A stretch of 24,000 nucleotides of DNA, from NCBI GenBank assembly GCA_021824175.1, contig JAKALP010000002.1:26005-50004 (forward strand), in the 5' to 3' direction. Shown piece by piece: positions 14,830-21,983 of this stretch; the first letter of the stretch is position 1, and the number at the start of each line of letters is the position of its first letter. This DNA comes from Deltaproteobacteria bacterium. GTDB taxonomy: Bacteria; Desulfobacterota; Desulfobacteria; Desulfobacterales; Desulfosarcinaceae. A program made the translations under genes and the position numbers. The notes beneath the pieces are model-generated. The model did not search any database, was not told the DNA's origin, and saw nothing but the letters and a program-made list of their open reading frames with translations.

Positions 14830-17379
14830 CTATTGGCTTCTATCTCCTGACTTCTTGCTCCTATCCGTAGGCTGGGCGCTGAGGGGATCATCGGGCCAGA
14901 AGTGCTTGGGATAGCGCCCCTTGAGTTCTTTTTTGACGGCCGGATAGCTGTTGCGCCAGAAGCCGGCCAGATCCTGGGTGATCTGGGCCGGGCGGCCGGC
15001 GGGGGAGAGCAGGTGCAGCAGCAAAGGCAGCCGGCCACCGGCAATGGCGGGGGTTTGGGCGCAACCGAACATCTCTTGCAGGCGCACGGCCAACACGGGC
15101 GGGTCACTGCCGTAGTCAATGGGCCGGCGGCTGCCGCTGGGAACAACGATGTGAGTGGGAGCCAGGGTGTCCAAGCGTTGTTGCTGGGCCCAGGTGAGCC
15201 GACCGTGCAAGGCCGCTCGCAGATCCAAGCGGGCCAGGGCTTTGAGGCTGGCGATGCCCTCCAGGCTGGGCGCCAGCCATGCTTCCAGGGTCGCGGTCAA
15301 GGTCGCATCGGAGAGATCGGGCCAATCTTCTTCGCTGAATACTTTGCGCAGCAGTAAAACCCTGGCCTGCCAGGCGCGTAAGGAGGGGGTCCAAGGCAGT
15401 ATGTCGATGCCCCGGCGCCGGATCACGTCGATCATGGCATTGACCAGGAGCTGAGGGTCGGGCGACGCCAATGGCTCACGCCGCAGGATCAGTTCTCCCA
15501 TCCTCCAGCGGCGTTCGGCCATCAAGGCCTGGCGCTGCTCATCCCACTCGATCTCCTCGCGCCAATGGAGCCGGGTCTTGAATTGCTCCACCAATGCGTC
15601 GCGGCCGTAGGCCGCAGCCAGGAAGATGCGCGCTTCACGGCGCTCGCCATCTAGTTCGGCGATCACCAGAAAGTCATGGACGCCCAGGGGATCGGGCGGA
15701 TCGAACACGGCCCCACGGCCATTGGCCATGAGGTAGCGGCCCACACCCTCCGGCCGACGCATGGCGATACGATCCGGATAAGCCCAGGCCAGCAGCCGGC
15801 CCAGGTCAGGCGTGGTGCGGGTTTTCTCTTTGAGCCCCAGGCGCTGCTGCAACAGGCTGGCCACTTTCCAGAGGTTGCGCAGAGCGCCTTGATCCACCTG
15901 GGCCACCGGCAGATGCAGCGGCCGATGGTTTTTGACGGCCTGCAACGCTTCCATCCGCAAGCGCAGATCCGCGTCCCTGGTCCCGGAAGTAAAATGCAGC
16001 GGGTCGCGCTCGCTCAAAATAGCCGCAACTTCACAGGCTGCGCGGCCCTGGTCTTCTTGTTGCGCGCACAGAAGCATATGGGCCAGGCGCGGGTGCACGG
16101 GCAGTTCGGCCATGCGCCGGCCGTGGGAAGTAATCCGGCCCTGGTCATCGATGGCCCCCAAACCGGCCAGAAGTTTTCTGGCCTGCCCAAAAGCACCGGC
16201 TGGCGGCGGGTCCAGCCAACCCAGGGCGTTGGGATCAGAAACCCCCCAGAGGGCCAGCTCCAGGGCCAGGCCCGCCAGATCAATGTCAAGGATTTCTGGC
16301 CGGTTGCGGGACGCCAGGGTCGTGTGGGCCGCTTCACCCCACAAGCGGTAGCATATGCCTGGGCCCAGGCGGCCGGCTCGGCCTTGGCGCTGATCGGCCG
16401 AAGCCTGGGAGACGGGCAGGGTCACCAGCCGGGTCATGGCGTTGCGCGGGTCAAAGCGCGGAGCCCGTTGCAGTCCGCTATCTATGACTACTTGAATGCC
16501 TTCAATGGTCAGGCTGGTTTCGGCGATGGCCGTGGCCAGCACGATCTTGTTCTGTCCGGCCGGCGGCGGTGCAATGGCCGCATCCTGCTGCTCGCGAGTC
16601 AAATGGCCATAGAGGGGCGCCACTTCCCAGGCGGGGGGCAGGCTGGCCTCCGCCAGCAAGCGGGCCACCCGGCGGATCTCCGGGGCGCCGGGCAGAAACG
16701 CCAGAATGTTGCCCTCCTGGGCAGTGCAGGATCGCAAGATGGCGTCCGCGACAGCGCGTTCAATGGGGTAGGGCGGGCGCGGAGGTAAATATCGGGTCTC
16801 TACTGGAAAAGCGCGGCCCTCACAGCGGATCAGCGGGGCGTTGCCCAGCAGAGTCGCCACCGGCGCGGGGTCCAGGGTGGCGGACATCACCAGCAGGCGC
16901 AGGCTTTCATTGAAAGCCGCCTGCGCCTCCCGGCACAGGGCCAGTCCGAGATCGGCATCCAAATTGCGCTCGTGAAACTCGTCGAAGATCACCAGGCCGA
17001 TCCCGTCCAGGGCTGGATCGGATTGCAGCATGCGGGTCAAGATCCCTTCGGTGATTACTTCGATGCGAGTGCGGGGACTCGTCCGGCTCTCCATGCGGAT
17101 GCGATACCCCACAGTCTCACCCACGCCTTCGTGGAGCAGATCCGCCATGCGCGCAGCCGCGGCCCGGGCCGCCAACCGGCGCGGCGCCAGCAGCAAGATG
17201 CGCCGGTCGGCCAGCCAGCCGGCCTCCAGCAATGCCAAGGGTACAACCGTGGTTTTACCGGCGCCCGGCGGCGCCACCAACACGGCGTTGGGGTGCCGCT
17301 CCAGGGCCGCTTGAATCTCTTTCAAGACTGCGGCCACCGGCAGGCGGGAGATGATTTCTTCTGAAGCGATTGGACTCAT
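14830..17379 (-). CDS. hrpB: ATP-dependent RNA helicase HrpB (DEAH-box)
   Basis: 849 aa with VAPPGAGKTT (Walker A), DEFHER and SATL motifs, plus the long HrpB-type C-terminal region ending ...GRYPKHFWPDDP. Confidence 0.9.
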   Translation of the reverse strand: MSPIASEEIISRLPVAAVLKEIQAALERHPNAVLVAPPGAGKTTVVPLALLEAGWLADRRILLLAPRRLAARAAAARMADLLHEGVGETVGYRIRMESRTSPRTRIEVITEGILTRMLQSDPALDGIGLVIFDEFHERNLDADLGLALCREAQAAFNESLRLLVMSATLDPAPVATLLGNAPLIRCEGRAFPVETRYLPPRPPYPIERAVADAILRSCTAQEGNILAFLPGAPEIRRVARLLAEASLPPAWEVAPLYGHLTREQQDAAIAPPPAGQNKIVLATAIAETSLTIEGIQVVIDSGLQRAPRFDPRNAMTRLVTLPVSQASADQRQGRAGRLGPGICYRLWGEAAHTTLASRNRPEILDIDLAGLALELALWGVSDPNALGWLDPPPAGAFGQARKLLAGLGAIDDQGRITSHGRRMAELPVHPRLAHMLLCAQQEDQGRAACEVAAILSERDPLHFTSGTRDADLRLRMEALQAVKNHRPLHLPVAQVDQGALRNLWKVASLLQQRLGLKEKTRTTPDLGRLLAWAYPDRIAMRRPEGVGRYLMANGRGAVFDPPDPLGVHDFLVIAELDGERREARIFLAAAYGRDALVEQFKTRLHWREEIEWDEQRQALMAERRWRMGELILRREPLASPDPQLLVNAMIDVIRRRGIDILPWTPSLRAWQARVLLLRKVFSEEDWPDLSDATLTATLEAWLAPSLEGIASLKALARLDLRAALHGRLTWAQQQRLDTLAPTHIVVPSGSRRPIDYGSDPPVLAVRLQEMFGCAQTPAIAGGRLPLLLHLLSPAGRPAQITQDLAGFWRNSYPAVKKELKGRYPKHFWPDDPLSAQPTDRSKKSGDRSQ

Positions 17380-17432
17380 GCGCCAATTAGAGGAATGTGG
17401 GTATGTGGTTTACTCAAGTCAAACAAAAAATT

Positions 17433-17492
17433 CTCTCGCGAAGACGCAAAGAAGATTATCTTTTCTTGGCGGCCTTGGCGCCTTTGCGAGAG
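17433..17492. repeat. 8-nt word-array element B (short)
   Basis: Forward words CGCGAAGA CGCAAAGA (17438-17453). They face the inverted words TCTTGGCG CCTTGGCG CCTTTGCG (17466-17489). The outer arms CTCTCGCGAAG / CTTTGCGAGAG are complementary. Confidence 0.7.
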
Positions 17493-17513
17493 CCCATGTC
17501 ATTGGCAGGCGGG

Positions 17514-17573
17514 TTACAAGCTATCTCAAAATAATCTTTTGGCCCAAAATCTTTATTTTGAGATAGCTTGCAG
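17514..17573. repeat. Hairpin repeat, TTACAAGCYATCTCAAAA family, copy 2
   Basis: Perfect 18-bp stem CAAGCTATCTCAAAATAA / TTATTTTGAGATAGCTTG (17517-17534 / 17553-17570). It starts 4 nt after the ATP-grasp stop. Confidence 0.85.
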
Positions 17574-17577
17574 TTCC

Positions 17578-18738
17578 TTACCCCACGGCATGGATATAAG
17601 AAGTCATCTCACGGATCACGCCAATATCCGGCGAGCGGAAGATGTAGCCGATATCTCCCAGGGCGCTGGCAAATACCCCTGGCACGCTCACTATCTGGAC
17701 CATTCGTTCGCCGTAACGCGCCAGGATCTCTTCATGAGTGTACCGATAGGGCAGGCTGTGTTTGCGGCTGGCGTAGCAGCAATGGTACTTGCGGGTGAAG
17801 TCGATCTTGTTCCGGCCCTGGACCAGCAATTGGGCCCAAATGCGGTAGATGTCGATGTCGCAGGCGTAGTTGAACATGTCGGTAGTATAACCGCCCGGCG
17901 GCCGCATGTTGACTTCCAGGGCCACATATTGATCCGGCGCGGTTTGGAAGAACTCCATGTGGAAGAAGCGCTCGCGCACATCAAAGCTTTTAACACAATT
18001 GCGCCCGTGGGCTTCCAGGGCGGCTGGGATTTCGCGCAATGAATGGTAGCTCACATGGCGCGCTTCATTGACCGTTTCCATGATGCCCTGGCTGTAGGCA
18101 TGGGCCGTGTAGAAAACGATGCGGCCCTCTTTGTCCGTCAGGCCGTCAAAGGAGAAAATGTCGCCGGCCACAAATTCTTCCATGATGTAATCCACCGCCG
18201 GTTTATTTCGGAAGAACTCCGCCAGCTCTTTTTCATTGTTTAGGCGATAGGTGTTGAGGGCGCCCACGCCGGCGTCGGGTTTGGCCACCACCGGATAGCC
18301 GGTCTGGGCGATCAGCGCCCGGGCTTGGTCCAGGGTATGCACTACCTGGCCCCTGGCCACGGGCACGCCGGCGGCCCTGTATCTCTCCTTCATTAAGGAT
18401 TTGCGTCGGATATGGCCGATAGTGTTGCCGCTCACGCCGAAGATATTGAAGTCGTCGCGCAGCCGGGCTTCGGTCTCCAGCCAGTGTTCGTTCAAGGAGT
18501 CGAGCCGGTCGATTTTTCCGTACTTGTGGGTGAAGTAGCCCAGGGCGCGCACCAGTTGATCGTACTGGTTCATATCTTCAACACGGAAGTATTCGGTCAG
18601 GCTGTCGCGCATCGCCGGCGTCAGCTCCTCCCAGCGGGCATCGGCCAGCCCCAGGGCATTGGCGCCCGCTTCCTTGAGCTGTTTGCAAAACTGGTAATAC
18701 TGGGCCGGAAAATGAGGGGAGAGAAAGACAACATTCAT
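17578..18738 (-). CDS. ATP-grasp domain enzyme (substrate unknown)
   Basis: 386 aa from ATG 18738 (GGAGGAAGG upstream). GYPVVAKPDAGVGA and MEEFVAGDIFSFDGL are typical of the ATP-grasp fold. N-terminus is MNVVFLSPHFP. Confidence 0.8.
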   Translation of the reverse strand: MNVVFLSPHFPAQYYQFCKQLKEAGANALGLADARWEELTPAMRDSLTEYFRVEDMNQYDQLVRALGYFTHKYGKIDRLDSLNEHWLETEARLRDDFNIFGVSGNTIGHIRRKSLMKERYRAAGVPVARGQVVHTLDQARALIAQTGYPVVAKPDAGVGALNTYRLNNEKELAEFFRNKPAVDYIMEEFVAGDIFSFDGLTDKEGRIVFYTAHAYSQGIMETVNEARHVSYHSLREIPAALEAHGRNCVKSFDVRERFFHMEFFQTAPDQYVALEVNMRPPGGYTTDMFNYACDIDIYRIWAQLLVQGRNKIDFTRKYHCCYASRKHSLPYRYTHEEILARYGERMVQIVSVPGVFASALGDIGYIFRSPDIGVIREMTSYIHAVG

Positions 18739-18817
18739 GGGGCCTTCCTCCGTAGGGTGCGCTGTGTGCACCGCTTCAGAAATGCATCTTATCGTTGGTG
18801 CATGGAATGCACCCTAC

Positions 18818-19097
18818 TACTAAGGCGCTAAGGCACAGAGGGGCAAAGGCACAAAGACACAAAGGGACAAAGGGACAAAGGGACAAAGGGACAAAGGGAC
18901 AAAACAGAAACATTTTTCGTGGTACAGTGCAACAGAAAAACCGACTAAGTCAAAACCCCAACCGCTCTTGGGCTTAAAAATAAATTCATTACCTTTGCTT
19001 CTCTGAGCCTTAGTGCCTTCGTAACTTAGTGCCTTTGTGCCTCAGCAACTTTGTGCCTTAGTCCCTCAGTCCCTTTGTCCCTTGCGGTGAAATTTAA
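18818..19097. repeat. 8-nt word-array element C (11 forward words, 96-nt core, 12 inverted words)
   Basis: 18818-18905 reads TACTAAGG CGCTAAGG CACAGAGG GGCAAAGG CACAAAGA CACAAAGG GACAAAGG x4 GACAAAAC. 19002-19097 reads CCTTTGCT TCTCTGAG CCTTAGTG CCTTCGTA ACTTAGTG CCTTTGTG CCTCAGCA ACTTTGTG CCTTAGTC CCTCAGTC CCTTTGTC CCTTGCGG. Both parse with no gaps. Confidence 0.85.
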
Positions 19098-19110
19098 ACC
19101 CCCGCGAGCA

Positions 19111-19611
19111 CTAGGCCTCCTCGACCACCGTGGCGCTGGTGATCACGATGGGCTCTTTGGGCACATCGTCATGAAAGCCCATCCGGCCAGTGGCCACGGC
19201 CTTCATCTTATTGACCACGCCATGACCCTTGACCACTTTGCCGAACACCGCGTAGCCCCAGCCTCTTTCATCTTTGGCGGTATGGTTGAGAAAATCGTTC
19301 TTTTTCACATTGATGAAAAATTGGGCCGTGGCGCTATGGGGGTCCGAGGTGCGCGCCATGGCCACGGTGTAGGGCTCGTTGGTCAAGCCGTTGTCGGCTT
19401 CGTTTTCGATGGGTTCGCCGGTGGGCTTTTCCTTCATATCCGCACTCATGCCGCCCCCCTGGATCATGAAGCCGTTGATGACCCGGTGAAAAATGGTGCC
19501 ATTATAATGGCCGTTGTTCACATACTCCAAAAAGTTGGCTACGGTCTTGGGCGCCTTGGCCGCGTCCAGTTCCAAAACAATCTCTCCCATGGTGGTTTCC
19601 AGTTTGACCAC
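19111..19611 (-). CDS. ppiB: Cyclophilin-type peptidyl-prolyl cis-trans isomerase (cytoplasmic)
   Basis: 166 aa with [14 protein letters not shown] and [11 protein letters not shown] motifs. GTG start with AAGGAG 6 nt upstream. No signal peptide. Confidence 0.9.
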   Translation of the reverse strand: MVKLETTMGEIVLELDAAKAPKTVANFLEYVNNGHYNGTIFHRVINGFMIQGGGMSADMKEKPTGEPIENEADNGLTNEPYTVAMARTSDPHSATAQFFINVKKNDFLNHTAKDERGWGYAVFGKVVKGHGVVNKMKAVATGRMGFHDDVPKEPIVITSATVVEEA

Positions 19612-19874
19612 AACCTGCTCCTTTCAAGGCTTCGGGCGTTGGGCCGCCCGGCCGGTTTAAGATTCATACCCCCCTTTTCAGGCAAAAGGGACGTCCGGCC
19701 GGAGCCGGACGCATGAGGCTTTATACAACAACTAAGGTGCGAATGCCAAAGGGCAATGTCAAATGGTCGTAAGTCTGCATGTCAGTTGCGTGAGAGCAAT
19801 GACCGATGCTACTTGTCATAAGGATGCCGGACCCTGAAGCCTGGCACCTTCCACTCTAAAAGCAGGAGCGCTTT

Positions 19875-20780
19875 ATGTCTCTACGCATCAAAAGAGCCGT
19901 GGCAATTATCAGCCTAATCGCCGCCTTGGGGTTGACCGTAACCGGCACCATGGACCGGCTGCTGGGCTGGTGCGGGCTTGACCGCTTGGAGAAAGCCAAT
20001 ACCCAATATCTGGACAGCGCTTTCAATAACGCCCTGGCCGGCTTCCTGATCCTTTCGGGCATCAAAAGCGGGCTGGCGGTGGTAACCGGTTCCAGCGTGG
20101 GGGTCGGCGTGAATATTGAACTAGGGGATGTGGTGCAACCGGTCTATGATTACGTGGACACGGCCTGGAAGGCGGCCATGGCCGGAGCGAGTATCTTGGT
20201 TGTGATGAAGATGGCTTTGCAGGGGCTCTCCCTGATCGATCATTGGGCCCTGGCGCTTTTACTTCTGTTTTGGTTGATTTGGTGCCTGACCGGCTGGTGG
20301 TGGGCAAAGGGCACGCGGTGGCGGCGGTCGCTGGAAGGCGCCCTCCGCTTTTGCGCGGCCCTGTGCGCCATGTTGTACCTTCTGCTGCCACTGACCATTA
20401 GCGGCGCCGGATTGATCTCCAAGCATATCACCGCGCCGGTGGTGCAACAGTCCCAGGAGCAGCTCAAATCGGTGCGGGAGGCCCTGGCGCCGGAAACCCT
20501 CTATCAGCGCTTCTTCTCCGATGGGCAGGGCGAAGAAGAACTTTCCGCCTTTGATCTGAAAGGGCGAATTAAGAGGATGGGACAAGAAGTAAAAACTCTG
20601 ATCGCCTATTTCAAAATGCAGACCGAGCAGCTGGCGGCCCTGACCCTCAAACTCATCGCGGCCTATCTCTTCGACTGCATTCTCTTCCCGCTCTTCTTCG
20701 GCCTGGTCCTGATGACCATGATCAAGAGCGGGGTGCGCTTTCTGTTTGAATTGGACCGGCGGGGAGTTGCCGGGGATTGA
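19875..20780 (+). CDS. Hypothetical multi-pass membrane protein with a central amphipathic/coiled segment
   Basis: 301 aa. AGGAG lies 6 nt upstream of the ATG. There are several hydrophobic helices (e.g. ALALLLLFWLIWCLTGWWW, LFDCILFPLFFGLVLMTMI). I recognise no family signature. Confidence 0.65.
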   Translation: MSLRIKRAVAIISLIAALGLTVTGTMDRLLGWCGLDRLEKANTQYLDSAFNNALAGFLILSGIKSGLAVVTGSSVGVGVNIELGDVVQPVYDYVDTAWKAAMAGASILVVMKMALQGLSLIDHWALALLLLFWLIWCLTGWWWAKGTRWRRSLEGALRFCAALCAMLYLLLPLTISGAGLISKHITAPVVQQSQEQLKSVREALAPETLYQRFFSDGQGEEELSAFDLKGRIKRMGQEVKTLIAYFKMQTEQLAALTLKLIAAYLFDCILFPLFFGLVLMTMIKSGVRFLFELDRRGVAGD

Positions 20781-20795
20781 AGGATGCGGATAGCT

Positions 20796-20902
20796 TTATT
20801 CAACGCGGAGGCGCGGAGGTCGCAGAGATGCGCGGAGGCTCTATAATATTGATGTATCTTCTCTGCGCACCTTTGCGAACTCTGCGCCTCCGCGTTGAAT
20901 AA
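20796..20902. repeat. 8-nt word-array element D with perfect 19-bp terminal inverted repeat
   Basis: TTATTCAACGCGGAGGCGC (20796-20814) pairs with GCGCCTCCGCGTTGAATAA (20884-20902). Inside are forward words CGCGGAGG CGCGGAGG TCGCAGAG ..CGCGGAGG and inverted words CTCTGCGC.. CCTTTGCG AACTCTGCG CCTCCGCG. It lies between convergent genes. Confidence 0.8.
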
Positions 20903-20943
20903 TTTACTTGGTTACCCTCAATTGTATCGTTTATTAGCATCCA

Positions 20944-21975
20944 TCACGCATTGATGAGCAGTACTTTCGCTCCCCTGATTTTGCGCTGTTTGAGCTCCAC
21001 CAGAGCCTCGTTGGCGGCGGTCAGGGGATAGGTCTGTACTTCCGGCAGGATGGGAATGTGGGCCGCCAGCTCCAGAAATTCGCGCACATCCCGGCGGCTG
21101 ACATTGGCCACGCTCTTGATTTCTTTTTCCTGCCACAGGTGACGGGCGTAATCCAATTTCAATAAGACCTCTTGATCCCGGCTCTCTTTGCGGATGGCGT
21201 TAATTACCAGGCGGCCTCCGGGCGCGAGCGCATCCAAGGCGGCCACAATGGGTCTCCAGGCCGGGGTGGTGTCGATGATGGCATGCAACAGCTCCGGCGG
21301 TTGCACTTCGATGTCGCCGGCCCAGGCCGCTCCCAGCTCCATTGCAAAGGATTGTTCCTGGGGGCTGCGGGCAAAGACATAGACCGGGCTTTCGGGATAT
21401 TGGTGTTGCGCCAGCTTGAGCACCAGATGGGCCGAGGCGCCAAAGCCGGTCAGTCCCAAGCGCTGGCCGTTTTGGATGCCGGTCAGGCGCAAGGAGCGGT
21501 AGCCGATGGCGCCAGCGCACAACAGGGGCGCGGCTTGAATGTCTTCCAATGCTTCTGGAAGAAGATGGGCGAATTCTTCATCCACCTTCATGTATTGAGC
21601 ATATCCGCCATGGGCGTCCCGGCCCGTGGCCTGGAACCGGGCACACAGATTTTCAAGACCTTGTCTGCAAAGATCGCAGCGGCCGCAGGCCGAAAAGATC
21701 CAGGCCACGCCAACGCGCTGGCCCACCTTGAGCTGCCGGGCCTCCGGACCCACGGCCGCTATGCTCCCCACGGCCTGGTGTCCCAAAATAACGGGCAATC
21801 GGGGCGGGGGCGTGCGGCCTTCAATCTCATCCAATTCGGTGTGACATACCCCGCAAGCAGTGATTTGGATCAAGACCTCGCGGCTCGCAATGACCGGTTC
21901 GGGCACATCGCGGTAGGACAGAGGGCGCGGCTCGGTCTCCAAATCAACAATCCGGTCGAGCACCATGGCTTTCAT
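20944..21975 (-). CDS. Zinc-dependent alcohol dehydrogenase family oxidoreductase
   Basis: CGVCHTELD (catalytic Zn), GHQAVGSIAAVG, and structural-Zn cluster CGRCDLCRQGLENLC. I prefer ATG 21975 (MKAMVL..., GAGGTGG upstream) over GTG 21981. It lies a few nt downstream of the upstream gene's stop. Confidence 0.85.
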   Translation of the reverse strand: MKAMVLDRIVDLETEPRPLSYRDVPEPVIASREVLIQITACGVCHTELDEIEGRTPPPRLPVILGHQAVGSIAAVGPEARQLKVGQRVGVAWIFSACGRCDLCRQGLENLCARFQATGRDAHGGYAQYMKVDEEFAHLLPEALEDIQAAPLLCAGAIGYRSLRLTGIQNGQRLGLTGFGASAHLVLKLAQHQYPESPVYVFARSPQEQSFAMELGAAWAGDIEVQPPELLHAIIDTTPAWRPIVAALDALAPGGRLVINAIRKESRDQEVLLKLDYARHLWQEKEIKSVANVSRRDVREFLELAAHIPILPEVQTYPLTAANEALVELKQRKIRGAKVLLINA

Positions 21976-21983
21976 GGCCACCT

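Noticed and set aside
15676-16788. 370-aa + strand ORF and other long ORFs inside 14830..17379
   Set aside because: They are antisense or off-frame to hrpB, which has unambiguous helicase motifs. The translations are Arg/Gly/Pro/Ala-rich with no motifs.
18795-18977. 60-aa ORF MVHGMHPTTKALRHRGAKAQRHKGTKGQRDKGTKGQ...
   Set aside because: It is simply the 8-nt word array read in one frame, which produces the periodic KG-rich peptide. It has no SD, and the homologous element A has no equivalent ORF.
18818-19097. Word arrays as a CRISPR array or as a CsrA/RsmA-type sponge RNA (repeated AGGGA)
   Set aside because: It is not CRISPR: the period is 8 nt with no spacers and no cas genes are present. 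The sponge idea is weak because every element also carries the complementary array. That array would pair with and mask the GGA motifs in any transcript spanning the element.
19842-19857. Sigma54-like TGGCAC upstream of the membrane-protein gene
   Set aside because: The -12 element is missing (ACTCT instead of TTGC at the required spacing). Similar partial matches near 8920-8945 and 4543-4560 also fail the GG-N10-GC spacing.
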